In this document: piece by piece, positions 34,057-45,322 of the stretch | Numbering within the stretch: the first letter of the stretch is position 1 | How the letters are laid out: every line of letters begins with the position of its first letter | Assembly (NCBI RefSeq): GCF_003334765.1 | Contig: NZ_QOWT01000013.1 | Strand: one strand, 5' to 3' | Origin: Escherichia coli | GTDB lineage: Bacteria > Pseudomonadota > Gammaproteobacteria > Enterobacterales > Enterobacteriaceae | DNA length: 64,000 bases | Program-made: the position numbers and the translations under genes | Notes under the pieces: generated by a model | What the model was told of the DNA's origin: nothing | Databases searched by the model: none | What the model saw: only the letters and a program-made list of their open reading frames with translations

Positions 34057-34085
34057 AAACCTCCGCAATGCGGAGGTTTCTTTTT
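34057..34085. terminator. Bidirectional terminator between convergent fabA and rmf
   Basis: AAACCTCCG-CAATG-CGGAGGTTT hairpin followed by CTTTTT, preceded by A-rich tract. Confidence 0.75.
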
Positions 34086-34097
34086 AAAGAGACAGAA

Positions 34098-34265
34098 TCA
34101 GGCCATTACTACCCTGTCCGCCATGGCTTCTCGCCAGCCTCCCAGCCATTGTGACCTTTGATTCAGCGTCTGATAGGGACACATTTCTTTTGAGCGTCCG
34201 GCGATGCCGGCCTGATAACCACGTTGATGTGCCCGTTCCAGGCGATCTCGTTTTTGTCTCTTCAT
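34098..34265 (-). CDS. rmf: Rmf ribosome modulation factor
   Basis: Not called in ORF track (a longer out-of-frame ORF 34084..34281 covers it); hand translation from ATG at 34265 gives MKRQKRD..., 55 aa, stop TGA at 34100-34098. Confidence 0.9.
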   Translation of the reverse strand: MKRQKRDRLERAHQRGYQAGIAGRSKEMCPYQTLNQRSQWLGGWREAMADRVVMA

Positions 34266-34462
34266 GCCTCGTTTCCCTCATACTGGTTTCTGGTGGAAAA
34301 GAAAACAGTGATTACTAAATGTGCAATCACAGTTAAGCAATACCGCGAATCATAACTGCCGTCAATGCGCAAAATTCACGCCACTGTCATATTTGTGAGC
34401 TACACGGGCATGTCGGTTGTACAAAAAATGTGAAGAGGAACAAATTTTTCCGCACGTTAGAG

Positions 34463-34500
34463 ACAAAAAAACCGCCTCAGGCAACATACCGGAGACGGTT
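34463..34500 (-). terminator. Putative Rho-independent terminator after pqiC
   Basis: On minus strand AACCGTCTC-(13-nt loop)-GAGGCGGTT followed by TTTTTTTT. Confidence 0.5.
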
Positions 34501-34520
34501 ATATTTACAAATCTTTATAA

Positions 34521-35084
34521 TTAAGGTAGACGCTTTATCTCTTGTGCAATAGAAGCGGCTTCCTGACTCCAGACACCGGCCAGCACTTTAACCATCTCAT
34601 CGTAACCATCCTGAGTTTGCACTCCTTCCAGACGGAACGGACGTTTGATCAGTTGTCCCTGGTGGTTCAACAGCCACTCACCACTGACAATGACCTTGCC
34701 ATCATAGCGACCGTTAAACTCCGTTACGGTAACATTGAGCGTGTCCTGGGCGCTTCCCAGAGGCTGGGAGACAACCACCCAGCCGGGCAGTTGCGTACTC
34801 AGGTTGGCAACCAGGGTGTTGCGCAACTGTTGATCCAACGGGCTGGCCCACAAGTTGTTGTTGGCAATCACATACTTCACATCACTGGTTTGATAAACCA
34901 CACCATTCCCCGCCAGATAGTCAGGAACAGTGACCTGCTCTACCCATAACAGACGATTGCCCTGGCTGGCGGTACTTTGTGTACCGCTCTGCACCACAGG
35001 TAACTGGTAATAGTTTTTATTAATTTCGCCGGAGCTGCATCCGGCCAGCCACAGTGCTGCAATCGTCACTAGCCACTTTTTCAT
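34521..35084 (-). CDS. pqiC: PqiC (YmbA) lipoprotein of the Pqi MCE system
   Basis: ORF track 34521..35084, 187 aa, lipobox LAGCSS; overlaps pqiB stop by 4 nt. Confidence 0.85.
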   Translation of the reverse strand: MKKWLVTIAALWLAGCSSGEINKNYYQLPVVQSGTQSTASQGNRLLWVEQVTVPDYLAGNGVVYQTSDVKYVIANNNLWASPLDQQLRNTLVANLSTQLPGWVVVSQPLGSAQDTLNVTVTEFNGRYDGKVIVSGEWLLNHQGQLIKRPFRLEGVQTQDGYDEMVKVLAGVWSQEAASIAQEIKRLP

Positions 35085-36721
35085 TGTTTCGCCCTCTTCG
35101 GCTCTGGATCTTTTTTGTCCTTCGCTTCAAATACCAGCGCGTTACTCTTCTCATTGAGCGTTTTCAGCACCGGTTGCAGTTCTCGCAACACCTGATCAAG
35201 GCGCTGCATATCCGCCACCATCTTGTTGTAGGCTGCGGAGCCAGGCTGGAAGCCCTGCATGCTGCGATTCAATTCACGCAACGTTGACTGCATATCCGTC
35301 GGCAACTGCTGCATCGACTGGCTAGCGAGGATCTTGTTCATGCTATCCAGCGTCGTTTGCAGGTTTTTCATTGTGCGCTGACTTTCAGAAAGCGTACTGG
35401 TTGCCTGTTCAATCATCGGATTCAATGGCAGTTTGTTGATCTTATCCAACGCTTCCATCAGTCGTTGCTGGATTTGCGCCAGGCCGCCGCTAACGGTCGG
35501 GATAATCTGATAACCATTAAATTCACGAATACCGGTTATTGCAGGCGTATTTGGATAGAAATCGAGATCAACATACAGTGCACCAGTGACCAGGTTTCCG
35601 GTTTTCAGCGATCCGCGTAAACCACGTTTCAACAATTCGCCAAGGTGCTCAACAACATCCGCATTTTCGCCAAGCTGCATTTTCAGCCGCTCTGGCTCGA
35701 TACGAATCAGTACCGGAATACGGTAATCATCGTTAAATGTCTGACGCATATTCGGCGCAAAGAATGGCACTTTGCTTACGGTACCCAGGCGAATACCCCG
35801 GAACTCTACCGGAGCTCCCGGTTGCAGACCGCGTACCGAATCTTTAAAGAACATCAGATAATCAATGTGATCGGTGTACAACGAATCCTGAATGCTCTTC
35901 TGATCATCATACAAAACGAAAGCTGTTTTCGGTGCCACTGGCTGCCCTAAATCCAGACCTTCCGGCACATCAAAGCTGACACCGCCACTCAGCAGCGTTG
36001 TCAATGAGCCCATCTCCACACGCATCCCTGCTGACGTCAGATCAACCGCAATGCCACTATCTTTCCAGAAGCGAACATTGTTGGTCACCAGTCGGTCATA
36101 AGGTGCATTGATGAACAGTTGATAGCTGATATTGCGTTTTTGTGTATCGAAGGTGCTGGTTTCAACCGAACCTACCCGATAGCCACGGAACAGCACCGGA
36201 TCTCCTGGCGAGAGCTGCCCGGCTTTTTTGCTATCGAGAATCACACGGATACCTTTCGCATCAGGCGGGGCCAACGGTGGCGAGTCCAGCAAATCGTATT
36301 TATCCATTTTGCTGCCTTTCGCGCCTGGCTGCAGTTCGATATAAACTCCAGACAGCAGCGTTCCCAGGCCGCTAATCCCTTCGCGACCAATCTGCGGTTT
36401 CACCACCCAAAAGACGGTGTCTTTATGCAGCAATTTTTCCATACCGGAATTCAGCCGCGCTTTGATTTCAACGTGCGTCAAATCATCAGCCAGTGTGGCG
36501 CTTTCAACCACGCCGACGTCAACGCTACGGCTTTTAATGGTGGTTTTGCCACCTTCAATTCCTTCCGCATTCGCGGTGATCAGGGTCACTTCCGGTCCCT
36601 GATGGCTGTAATGATAAAAAAGAACCCAGGCCCCAATGAGCGCCGTGACGATAGGAAATATCCACACGGGAGACCAGTTCTTCACTTTCTGGATTTTGGC
36701 TTCCCCATTATTAGATTCCAT
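35081..36721 (-). CDS. pqiB: PqiB MCE-domain intermembrane transport protein
   Basis: ORF-track frame 35081..36781 trimmed to Met-21 (546 aa); N-terminal TM helix then repeated MCE domains. Confidence 0.85.
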   Translation of the reverse strand: MESNNGEAKIQKVKNWSPVWIFPIVTALIGAWVLFYHYSHQGPEVTLITANAEGIEGGKTTIKSRSVDVGVVESATLADDLTHVEIKARLNSGMEKLLHKDTVFWVVKPQIGREGISGLGTLLSGVYIELQPGAKGSKMDKYDLLDSPPLAPPDAKGIRVILDSKKAGQLSPGDPVLFRGYRVGSVETSTFDTQKRNISYQLFINAPYDRLVTNNVRFWKDSGIAVDLTSAGMRVEMGSLTTLLSGGVSFDVPEGLDLGQPVAPKTAFVLYDDQKSIQDSLYTDHIDYLMFFKDSVRGLQPGAPVEFRGIRLGTVSKVPFFAPNMRQTFNDDYRIPVLIRIEPERLKMQLGENADVVEHLGELLKRGLRGSLKTGNLVTGALYVDLDFYPNTPAITGIREFNGYQIIPTVSGGLAQIQQRLMEALDKINKLPLNPMIEQATSTLSESQRTMKNLQTTLDSMNKILASQSMQQLPTDMQSTLRELNRSMQGFQPGSAAYNKMVADMQRLDQVLRELQPVLKTLNEKSNALVFEAKDKKDPEPKRAKQ

Positions 36722-36725
36722 ACTG

Positions 36726-37979
36726 TCAGGACTCCTCATGCTCTGATTCAGGTTGACGATCCCACGACAAACGCGGGTCAAACGTCATAGCAGAAAACAT
36801 TGTCATTATGACGACTAAAGCAAACATTAATGCACCCATTGCCGGATAAATACTCATTAAACCTCCCATACGCACCAGCGCCGAGAGCACCGCGATAACG
36901 AAAACGTCAATCATCGACCAGCGGCCTACAAACTCAACAACTTCATAAATCAAATGCATTCTTTCACTGTCGCGCTTGCCATGCCCTTTGGCATCCCAAC
37001 ACAGCCACGCGATGGCGATCATCTTTAACGTTGGCACCATAATACTGGCCAGAAAGATCACCGCAGCGACGGGATAAGAGCCTTCGCTCCATAACAGAAT
37101 GACCCCAGCGAGAATCGTCGACGGCATCTTCGAGCCTAATAAATCCGTCACCATGATGGGCAAAATATTAGCCGGAAGATACAGCATGATGGACGTTACA
37201 AGCAGCGCGAGTGTCCACTGCAGGCTGTTTCTACGCCGAACGTACCCTTTGGTACTACAACGCGGGCACACGGGTTCATCAGCAGGAAGGATTGCCGTAC
37301 AACAGGAGCACGAACGCAGCCCCTGACGTATCCCCGTGACGCCTGGTTTTAGCGGCTGGCGCAGTTCTGGCATCGGGGCGATGTCGTCCCATAACCAGCG
37401 ACGATCAACGCACTGAAAAGCGCGCAGTTGCAGGACACAAAATAAACACCAGGGGAGAAAGCTGCTGCCTACCCCAATGCTGCCGTAAGCCATCAGTTTA
37501 ACGAAACTGACCAGCACACCCGCGAGGAAAATCTCCGCCATTCCCCAGGTTTTGAGTTGAAAAAGCACCCGTGCCAGTTGCTCTTTTAAACGGACCGGTA
37601 ATTCCGCGCGATTCACCAGTAACAGAATGGTTATCAGACAAAACGCGGGAACCAGTTGCACAAACAACAGGAAAAAGGTGCCGAGGCTGGCGTAGTCCTC
37701 AGAAAAAAGCACGCCGGGAATTTCCAGTAATGTAATTTCACTGGTAACTCCTGCAACGTTCATATTCACAAAAGGAAACAAGTTGGACAGCAACAGCATG
37801 AACAGTGCAGCCAACGCATAGGCGGTGGGACGCTGCCGAGGGGCATCCCACGCCACGGTTAACGTTGTGCCACACCGGGGACATGCCGCTTTCTGACCAT
37901 GCTCAAGGCGCGGTAACGCCACCAGCATGTCACACTGCGAGCACAGGATGTGCTTCGCGGCATGATGATGTTCGCACAT
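36726..37979 (-). CDS. pqiA: PqiA paraquat-inducible inner-membrane protein
   Basis: ORF track 36726..37979, 417 aa; duplicated CxxC zinc-ribbon plus TM modules; AAGGAG RBS. Confidence 0.85.
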   Translation of the reverse strand: MCEHHHAAKHILCSQCDMLVALPRLEHGQKAACPRCGTTLTVAWDAPRQRPTAYALAALFMLLLSNLFPFVNMNVAGVTSEITLLEIPGVLFSEDYASLGTFFLLFVQLVPAFCLITILLLVNRAELPVRLKEQLARVLFQLKTWGMAEIFLAGVLVSFVKLMAYGSIGVGSSFLPWCLFCVLQLRAFQCVDRRWLWDDIAPMPELRQPLKPGVTGIRQGLRSCSCCTAILPADEPVCPRCSTKGYVRRRNSLQWTLALLVTSIMLYLPANILPIMVTDLLGSKMPSTILAGVILLWSEGSYPVAAVIFLASIMVPTLKMIAIAWLCWDAKGHGKRDSERMHLIYEVVEFVGRWSMIDVFVIAVLSALVRMGGLMSIYPAMGALMFALVVIMTMFSAMTFDPRLSWDRQPESEHEES

Positions 37980-38108
37980 TGGTACTCCTTAATGATGCGC
38001 TATTTTACAGATGACTAACAAAGTGTTGGTTTTCATGCCTGATAAACCCAGTTCATCAGGCAATTTTACCGTTGTCAGCTGTCTCTGTTTAAATCGACTA
38101 TTTTGCGA

Positions 38109-40016
38109 TCAGCCACCATTTTTTAACGCTTCAAGATACTCCCAGCGTTCAAAGGCTTGCTCCAGCTCCTGCTCTGCAGCAGCCATATCAGCAAGCACTT
38201 TTTGCGTCTGCTCATGCGGCTGACTGAAGAAGGAAGCATCCGCCACTTGCGTCTGTAGGGCTTCCAGCTTCGCCTCCAGATCTTCGAGCAATTGCGGTAG
38301 CTGCTCCAGTTCGCGCTGCAATTTATAGCTTAGTTTGCTACTGCTGCGTTTTACAGTTTCTGCTTTTGCCGCGGCGGCTTCTTCGGTTTTTTTCACCGCA
38401 GGCTGTTTGAGCGCCACATACTGCTCTTGCTGACCACGGGCATCATGATAACCGCCGACATAACGACCAATTTTACCGCCGCCTTCGAAGATCCAACATT
38501 CTGTAACGGTGTTATCGACAAACTGACGATCGTGGCTAACCAGCAATACCGTGCCCTGATAGCTGTCGATCAGTTCTTCCAGCAGTTCCAGCGTTTCGAC
38601 ATCAAGATCGTTGGTCGGTTCGTCAAGAATCAATAAGTTGCTTGGTTTGAGGAACAAACGCGCCAGCAGCAAGCGGTTCCGCTCACCGCCAGAAAGCGCA
38701 CGTACCGGCGTCATCGCCCGTTTCGGATGGAACAGAAAGTCCTGCAAATAGCCCAATACGTGGCGTGGCTTGCCGTTAACCATCACCTCTTGCTTACCTT
38801 CGGCAAGGTTATCCATCACCGTTTTATCGGGATCCAGTTCCGCGCGGTGCTGATCGAAATAAGCCACTTCCAGTTTGGTGCCAACGTGAATACGCCCGCT
38901 GTCCGCTTGAAGCTGACCGAGCATCAGTTTTAGCAGCGTGGTTTTGCCGCACCCATTCGGACCAATCAGGGCAATTTTGTCGCCACGTAGAACCTGGGCA
39001 GAAAAATCTTTCACCAGTTGCTTACCGTTAACCTGGTAGCAAACGTCTTCCATTTCGAAAACGATTTTACCGGAGCGGCTGGCCTCTTCCACCTGCATCT
39101 TTGCGGTACCCATCACTTCGCGACGTTCACCACGTTCGCGACGCATCGCTTTCAGGGCGCGTACGCGGCCTTCATTACGGGTACGGCGTGCTTTGATCCC
39201 CTGGCGGATCCACACCTCTTCCTGCGCCAGTTTGCGATCGAACTCGGCATTTTGTAATTCTTCCACGCGCAGGGCTTCTTCTTTTTCCAGCAGGTACTGG
39301 TCGTAATTCCCTGGATAGGTCACCAGCTTGCCGCGATCGAGATCAACAATGCGCGTCGCCATATTGCGGATAAACGAACGGTCGTGGGAGATGAAAATAA
39401 TCGTCCCGTTGAAAGTTTTCAAAAACCCTTCCAGCCAGTCGATGGTTTCAATATCCAGGTGGTTTGTCGGTTCATCAAGCAACAGCACGCGCGGATTACT
39501 CACCAGCGCGCGTCCTAATGCCGCTTTACGCAACCAGCCGCCGGAAAGCGACGACAGCGCAACGTTAGGATCTAACCCCAGTTGCGCCAGCACTTCGTTG
39601 ATGCGGTTTTCCAGCTGCCACAGGTTGTGGTGATCCAGCTGTTCCTGAACCTTCGCCAGTTCGTTGAGATTTTTCTCGCTCGGGTCGTTCATCACCAGGC
39701 GCGAAATATCGTGATAGCGTTTCAGATATTCCGCTTGTTCTTCAATGCCTTCGGCAACGAAATCATAAACGCTACCCTCAACGTTACGCGGCGGATCCTG
39801 TTGCAGACGCGCTACAATCAAATCTTGCTCGTAAATAATGCGACCGTCATCCAGCCCTTGTTCACGGTTGAGGATTTTCATTAACGTCGATTTGCCTGCG
39901 CCGTTGCGGCCCACCAGACAAACACGTTCGTTATCTTCGATATGCAGTTCTGCGTTATCGAGAAGCGGCGCGTCGCTGAACGACAGCCATGCGCCATGCA
40001 TACTGATTAATGACAT
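38109..40016 (-). CDS. uup: Uup ABC-F family ATPase
   Basis: ORF track 38109..40016, 635 aa; two ABC cassettes (GRNGAGKST and GPNGCGKTT Walker A, two LSGG signatures) and C-terminal coiled coil. Confidence 0.9.
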   Translation of the reverse strand: MSLISMHGAWLSFSDAPLLDNAELHIEDNERVCLVGRNGAGKSTLMKILNREQGLDDGRIIYEQDLIVARLQQDPPRNVEGSVYDFVAEGIEEQAEYLKRYHDISRLVMNDPSEKNLNELAKVQEQLDHHNLWQLENRINEVLAQLGLDPNVALSSLSGGWLRKAALGRALVSNPRVLLLDEPTNHLDIETIDWLEGFLKTFNGTIIFISHDRSFIRNMATRIVDLDRGKLVTYPGNYDQYLLEKEEALRVEELQNAEFDRKLAQEEVWIRQGIKARRTRNEGRVRALKAMRRERGERREVMGTAKMQVEEASRSGKIVFEMEDVCYQVNGKQLVKDFSAQVLRGDKIALIGPNGCGKTTLLKLMLGQLQADSGRIHVGTKLEVAYFDQHRAELDPDKTVMDNLAEGKQEVMVNGKPRHVLGYLQDFLFHPKRAMTPVRALSGGERNRLLLARLFLKPSNLLILDEPTNDLDVETLELLEELIDSYQGTVLLVSHDRQFVDNTVTECWIFEGGGKIGRYVGGYHDARGQQEQYVALKQPAVKKTEEAAAAKAETVKRSSSKLSYKLQRELEQLPQLLEDLEAKLEALQTQVADASFFSQPHEQTQKVLADMAAAEQELEQAFERWEYLEALKNGG

Positions 40017-40027
40017 TACTATTCCTT

Positions 40028-42136
40028 TCAGGCTGCGGTAATCAGCCAGCAGTTGTGGATCTGGCGGTTACGGGCGAAATCCTGGGAGAGCGTTTTTTGC
40101 GTAATTTCTTGTGCTTTCAGTCCCAGTTTTGCCAGGCCGTCGAGATCCATACGGAAGCCACGTTTGTTGTTCGAGAACATGATCGTCCCACCTGCACGCA
40201 GCAGACGTTTCAAATCTTTCATCAGCGCCAGATGATCGCGCTGAACATCAAACGCATCTTCCATTCGTTTTGAGTTAGAGAAGGTTGGCGGATCGATAAA
40301 GATCAGATCGAACTGTTCATTTGCCTCACGCAGCCACGCCAGGCAATCGGCCTGAATCAGGCGATGCGCACGCCCGGTCAGGCCATTCAGACGCAGGTTG
40401 CGTTCTGCCCATTCCAGATAAGTACGCGACATATCCACGGTGGTGGTGCTGCGTGCACCGCCTAATCCCGCATGCACGGTGGCGCTGCCGGTATAAGAGA
40501 ACAGGTTGAGGAAATCTTTGCCTTTGCTCATCTGACCGAGCATACGACGGGCGATGCGGTGATCGAGGAACAGACCAGTATCGAGATAATCCGTCAGGTT
40601 CACCCACAAGTGAGCGTTATATTCGGTAACTTCAAGAAACTCGCCCTTCTCGCCCAGTTTCTGGTATTGGTTTTTGCCCTTCTGGCGTTCACGGGTTTTC
40701 AGCACCAGTTTGTTTGGCGCAATCCCCAGTACCGAAATGGTTGCAGCGATAATATCGAACAGACGCTGACGCGCTTTGTGAGCATCAATAGTTTTTGGCG
40801 GCGCATACTCCTGCACCACCACCCAGTCGGCATAACGGTCAACGGCAACGTTATATTCTGGCAGATCGGCGTCATACAGGCGGTAACATTCAATCCCTTC
40901 CTGGCGAGCCCACTTCTCGAATTTTTTGAGGTTCTTACGCAGGCGGTTGGTGTAGTCTTCCGCTACCATCGCCGGTTTGCTGTCTGGAGTGCTTTCGGCA
41001 ACGTGGTAATTTTTCTGTACGCAGTCCAGCGGGCCGTTTTTCGCCTTGTACTGTTTGTCTGCACGCAGCTGCAAGCAGCTTAGCAGATCCGGCGAGGCAC
41101 TAAACAAAGAGAGATTCCAGCCACCAAACTGGTTTTTCATGATCCGACCCAGCAGGCTATGCAGCGCAATCAGCGCCGGTTCGCTGTCCAGACGTTCCCC
41201 GTATGGCGGGTTGCTCAACACTGTGCCGTACGGCCCTTTCGGCAGCGGATTGGTCAGTTGCGCGACATCTTTCACCTCAAAGGTGATCAGTTCACCAATC
41301 CCCGCAAGACGGGCGTTAGTGCGTGCACGTTGAATCACCCGTGCGTCGCTGTCCGAACCGTAAAAATGAGAGCTATACTCAGCCAGGCCTTTACGGGCGC
41401 GAGTTTGCGCTTCCGCTTTCACTTCCTGCCAGATAGCTTCATCATGCTGCGCCCAGCCGCTAAAGCCCCAACGCCCACGGTGCAAGCCTGGTGCGCGATC
41501 GGTCGCCAGCATCGCTGCTTCAATCAGCAACGTACCGGAACCACACATCGGATCGAGCAGCGGTGTTCCTGGCTGCCAGCCGGATCGCATCACAATAGCG
41601 GCTGCCAGGGTTTCTTTGATCGGCGCAATACCAGCACGATCGCGATAGCCACGCAGATGTAAACCATCACCACTCAGATCAAGAGCGATACTGGCGGTTT
41701 CTTTATGCAGCCAGACGTTAACGCGGATATCCGGCGCATCGCGATCAACATTTGGACGCGGCAGATTTTTCCGCGTGAAAGCATCGACGATCGCGTCTTT
41801 CACTTTCATCGCGCCGTACTGACTGTTGCGGATGGTGTCATTCAAACCACTGAAGTGGACAGCGAAGGTCGCGCCAGGATTAAACATCTCTGTCCAGTTG
41901 ATCGCCTGAACACCGAGATAGAGGTCTAAATCGCTGTAAACCTTACACTCGCCCAGCGGCAACATAATACGCGAGGCCAGGCGGCTCCACATCAGGCTCT
42001 GGTAAACAAGCCGTGTGTCGCCCTTGAAATGGACCCCACCCTGAACCACCTGGCATTCAACGGCCCCCAGGTTTTCCAGTTCAGTTTTTAACAGCTCTTC
42101 CAGCCCACGGGCCGTACTGGCAAACAGAGAATTCAT
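40028..42136 (-). CDS. rlmL: RlmKL (RlmL/YcbY) bifunctional 23S rRNA m2G2445/m7G2069 methyltransferase
   Basis: ORF track 40028..42136, 702 aa; recognised as RlmKL. Confidence 0.9.
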   Translation of the reverse strand: MNSLFASTARGLEELLKTELENLGAVECQVVQGGVHFKGDTRLVYQSLMWSRLASRIMLPLGECKVYSDLDLYLGVQAINWTEMFNPGATFAVHFSGLNDTIRNSQYGAMKVKDAIVDAFTRKNLPRPNVDRDAPDIRVNVWLHKETASIALDLSGDGLHLRGYRDRAGIAPIKETLAAAIVMRSGWQPGTPLLDPMCGSGTLLIEAAMLATDRAPGLHRGRWGFSGWAQHDEAIWQEVKAEAQTRARKGLAEYSSHFYGSDSDARVIQRARTNARLAGIGELITFEVKDVAQLTNPLPKGPYGTVLSNPPYGERLDSEPALIALHSLLGRIMKNQFGGWNLSLFSASPDLLSCLQLRADKQYKAKNGPLDCVQKNYHVAESTPDSKPAMVAEDYTNRLRKNLKKFEKWARQEGIECYRLYDADLPEYNVAVDRYADWVVVQEYAPPKTIDAHKARQRLFDIIAATISVLGIAPNKLVLKTRERQKGKNQYQKLGEKGEFLEVTEYNAHLWVNLTDYLDTGLFLDHRIARRMLGQMSKGKDFLNLFSYTGSATVHAGLGGARSTTTVDMSRTYLEWAERNLRLNGLTGRAHRLIQADCLAWLREANEQFDLIFIDPPTFSNSKRMEDAFDVQRDHLALMKDLKRLLRAGGTIMFSNNKRGFRMDLDGLAKLGLKAQEITQKTLSQDFARNRQIHNCWLITAA

Positions 42137-42379
42137 ATCGTCACTTTTACTCTAAGAGCCTACCGCAGTAGGCGTAATTGTTGCAGTCAGTCTGGACATG
42201 GACAGCGCGGAGAAACCGGAGCGTACACAAGTACGTGAGGATTTCGAGCATAACCCAGGGCCAAACTGACAAATAAAATAGCCTAATGGGACAGGCGCTA
42301 AGAAAATTGTTGCGCATTATAGCTAATAAGCGCGTCATGTCATAAAGTTGAGGGCTTATTTTCATTTGAGGACCGCACC

Positions 42380-43489
42380 GTGGCGACATTAATCCGGCTT
42401 TTTATTCATCCTGTTAAATCGATGCGCGGCATTGGTCTTACACATGCTCTGGCAGATGTCAGTGGTCTGGCCTTCGATCGCATCTTTATGATCACGGAAC
42501 CTGACGGTACGTTTATTACCGCTCGCCAGTTTCCCCAGATGGTACGGTTTACTCCTTCACCTGTGCATGATGGCTTGCATCTCACCGCACCAGATGGCAG
42601 TAGCGCATATGTTCGTTTTGCTGATTTCGCCACACAAGACGCACCAACCGAAGTTTGGGGCACACATTTTACCGCGCGAATTGCGCCAGACGCGATCAAC
42701 AAATGGCTAAGTGGATTTTTCTCCCGCGAAGTGCAATTACGCTGGGTGGGGCCACAAATGACCCGGCGCGTGAAACGCCACAACACTGTACCTCTGTCAT
42801 TTGCTGATGGCTATCCTTACCTTCTTGCTAACGAAGCCTCGTTACGTGATCTCCAACAACGTTGTCCGGCCAGTGTAAAAATGGAGCAATTCCGCCCCAA
42901 TCTGGTGGTTTCCGGCGCGTCAGCCTGGGAAGAAGATCGCTGGAAAGTGATTCGCATTGGTGATGTGGTGTTTGATGTGGTTAAACCTTGTAGCCGCTGT
43001 ATTTTCACCACCGTCAGCCCAGAAAAAGGGCAAAAACATCCGGCAGGCGAACCATTAAAAACATTGCAATCTTTCCGCACTGCCCAGGATAACGGCGATG
43101 TCGATTTTGGTCAGAATTTAATTGCCCGTAATAGCGGCGTGATTCGCGTTGGCGATGAGGTGGAAATTCTGGCAACGGCTCCGGCAAAAATTTACGGCGC
43201 AGCTGCCGCTGATGATACCGCCAACATCACGCAACAACCGGACGCAAATGTAGATATTGACTGGCAGGGACAGGCATTTCGTGGAAATAACCAACAGGTG
43301 TTGCTGGAGCAATTAGAAAATCAGGGAATTCGTATCCCTTATTCTTGCCGCGCGGGCATTTGTGGAAGTTGCCGTGTTCAGCTTTTAGAAGGCGAAGTCA
43401 CGCCGCTGAAAAAATCAGCAATGGGCGATGATGGCACCATTCTTTGCTGTAGCTGTGTACCGAAGACTGCACTTAAGTTGGCGCGTTAG
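42380..43489 (+). CDS. ycbX: YcbX MOSC-domain protein with C-terminal 2Fe-2S ferredoxin domain
   Basis: ORF track 42380..43489, 369 aa, GTG start with GAGGA 7 nt upstream; C-terminal CRAGICGSC...CC cysteine cluster. Confidence 0.85.
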
Positions 43490-44028
43490 ACTGCCTGTTC
43501 GAGGCTGAAGCTGTCAACATTAACCTGCGGTTTCAGCCTGTCGTTCATGATTTTAATGGCGTCGCCCAACTGCATCGCGCGACCCGCAATAACAACGCAG
43601 GGTTGTGCCAGCAGGCATAGTGCGGCATTTTCGCCAGATTCAACGACCAGCAAATTGACCTGCTCGTGAGTATCGCTCAACCAAACGCAGGCCGCATCGC
43701 CCGGCATGGGCACCCACATTTCACCATGGGAAACAAAATGCCAGCTTTTCGGCATTTGCGGTTTGAGATAGCGAATTGCTACCAGTGCATTCAGCACCAG
43801 TTCGGCTTTTTGTTCTTTAGATAAATTAAAATCGCGGCACTTTTCTTCAAAAGAGAAATAGAGCGCGGCGTCGTCAACGCAAAAGCCTGCGGGAGAAAAG
43901 GCATCTGGAGTCAACATCTTGCGCGCAAAACGTGAGCGAAATAGCATACCATTGGCTAAATCGAGCATCATTCGATCGTGCTCTTCATCGTAATACCAAC
44001 GCCAGTTATCGTCTGGTTTAATTCGCAT
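43486..44028 (-). CDS. zapC: ZapC FtsZ-ring associated protein
   Basis: ORF-track frame 43486..44064 trimmed to Met-13 (180 aa); 4-nt convergent overlap with ycbX. Confidence 0.85.
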
Positions 44029-44201
44029 CTGCCTCTCCCCTACCCTATAAAACCGCAGCAACACAATCCATTGTCGCTTCGCTTAATAACCTCAACAATA
44101 AAAGTACAAAATGTCTAAATAAGCAACAGCGATGAATATAAAACAACCAGGGCTGAAAATAAAGCCCTGATTATCTTATAAAGAGGAATTCGAAGAAATA
44201 A

Positions 44202-45212
44202 TTAGATATGGGTAACGATTTCTTTAATCAGCGGCGGACCTTTAAAAATAAAACCAGAATAAATTTGCACCAGTGAGGCACCCGCAGCAATCTTTTCACG
44301 CGCAGCGATAACCGAGTCGATGCCGCCAACACCGATGATCGGTAAGCGACCGTTTAATTCCAGTGACAAGCGGCGAATAATTTCGGTGCTTTTTAACTGA
44401 AGCGGACGACCACTTAAGCCACCGGTTTGATCGCAATTTTTCATTCCCTGAACAAGAGAACGATCGAGTGTGGTATTGGTTGCAATAACGCCATCAATAT
44501 TATGGCGAACTAAACTATCGGCAACCTGGATCAATTCTTCTTCAGAAAGATCCGGCGCGATCTTCACTGCGATCGGCACATATTTATGGTGCATCGCTTG
44601 CAAATCATTTTGCTTATTTTTAATCGCGGTTAAGAGATCATCCAGCGCTTCACCATATTGCAGCGTGCGTAATCCTGGGGTATTCGGCGATGAAATATTG
44701 ATGGCGATATATCCCGCATAGGCATAGATTTTTTCCATACAAATCAGATAGTCATCTTTGCCCTGCTCCACTGGCGTATCTTTATTTTTGCCGATGTTAA
44801 TACCCAGGACGCCGTCATAATGGGCCTTTTTTACGTTCTCTACGAGGTTATCAACGCCAAGATTATTAAAGCCCATACGGTTGATCAAACCTTCGGCATC
44901 TACCAGACGAAAGAGACGCGGCTTGTCATTACCTGGCTGTGGACGTGGCGTGACGGTACCGATCTCGATCGATCCAAATCCCATCGCGCCTAACGCGTCA
45001 ATGCACTCCCCGTCTTTATCAAGACCGGCTGCCAGACCAAGCGGATTTTTAAACGTCAGGCCCATGCAGTTAACAGGTTTCGCAGGCACTTTCTGCCGCA
45101 CCAGTGCTTCAAACGGCGTTCCTGTAATACGGCGTAATTGCTGAAAAGTAAACTCATGAGCGCGCTCTGGATCGAGCTGGAAAAGGGCTTTACGAACGAA
45201 GGGGTAGTACAT
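44202..45212 (-). CDS. pyrD: PyrD dihydroorotate dehydrogenase (quinone)
   Basis: ORF-track frame 44202..45239 trimmed to Met-10 (336 aa) with AGGAG upstream; [21 protein letters not shown] recognised. Confidence 0.95.
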
Positions 45213-45298
45213 GAACTCTCCTGGATTCCCGGTGTGCAAACCGGGGGCGTATTATGTGCGAGTTCGGACCAAAAGGGAATTGACCTGCGGCAAAAAAA

Positions 45299-45312
45299 AC
45301 GCAAACGTTTTC
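45299..45312 (-). promoter_or_regulatory. PurR-box-like operator upstream of pyrD
   Basis: Minus strand reads GAAAACGTTTGCGT (AAACGTTT core of PurR consensus); lies upstream of a CATAAT -10 (45256-45251) and C-run start region. Confidence 0.55.
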
Positions 45313-45322
45313 CGAACCTGTT

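Noticed and set aside
42137-42379. Moderately GC-rich 243-bp rlmL-ycbX divergent spacer as a possible small RNA locus
   Set aside because: No promoter-plus-terminator pair bounding a discrete unit could be identified; more simply explained as the divergent rlmL and ycbX promoter and leader region.
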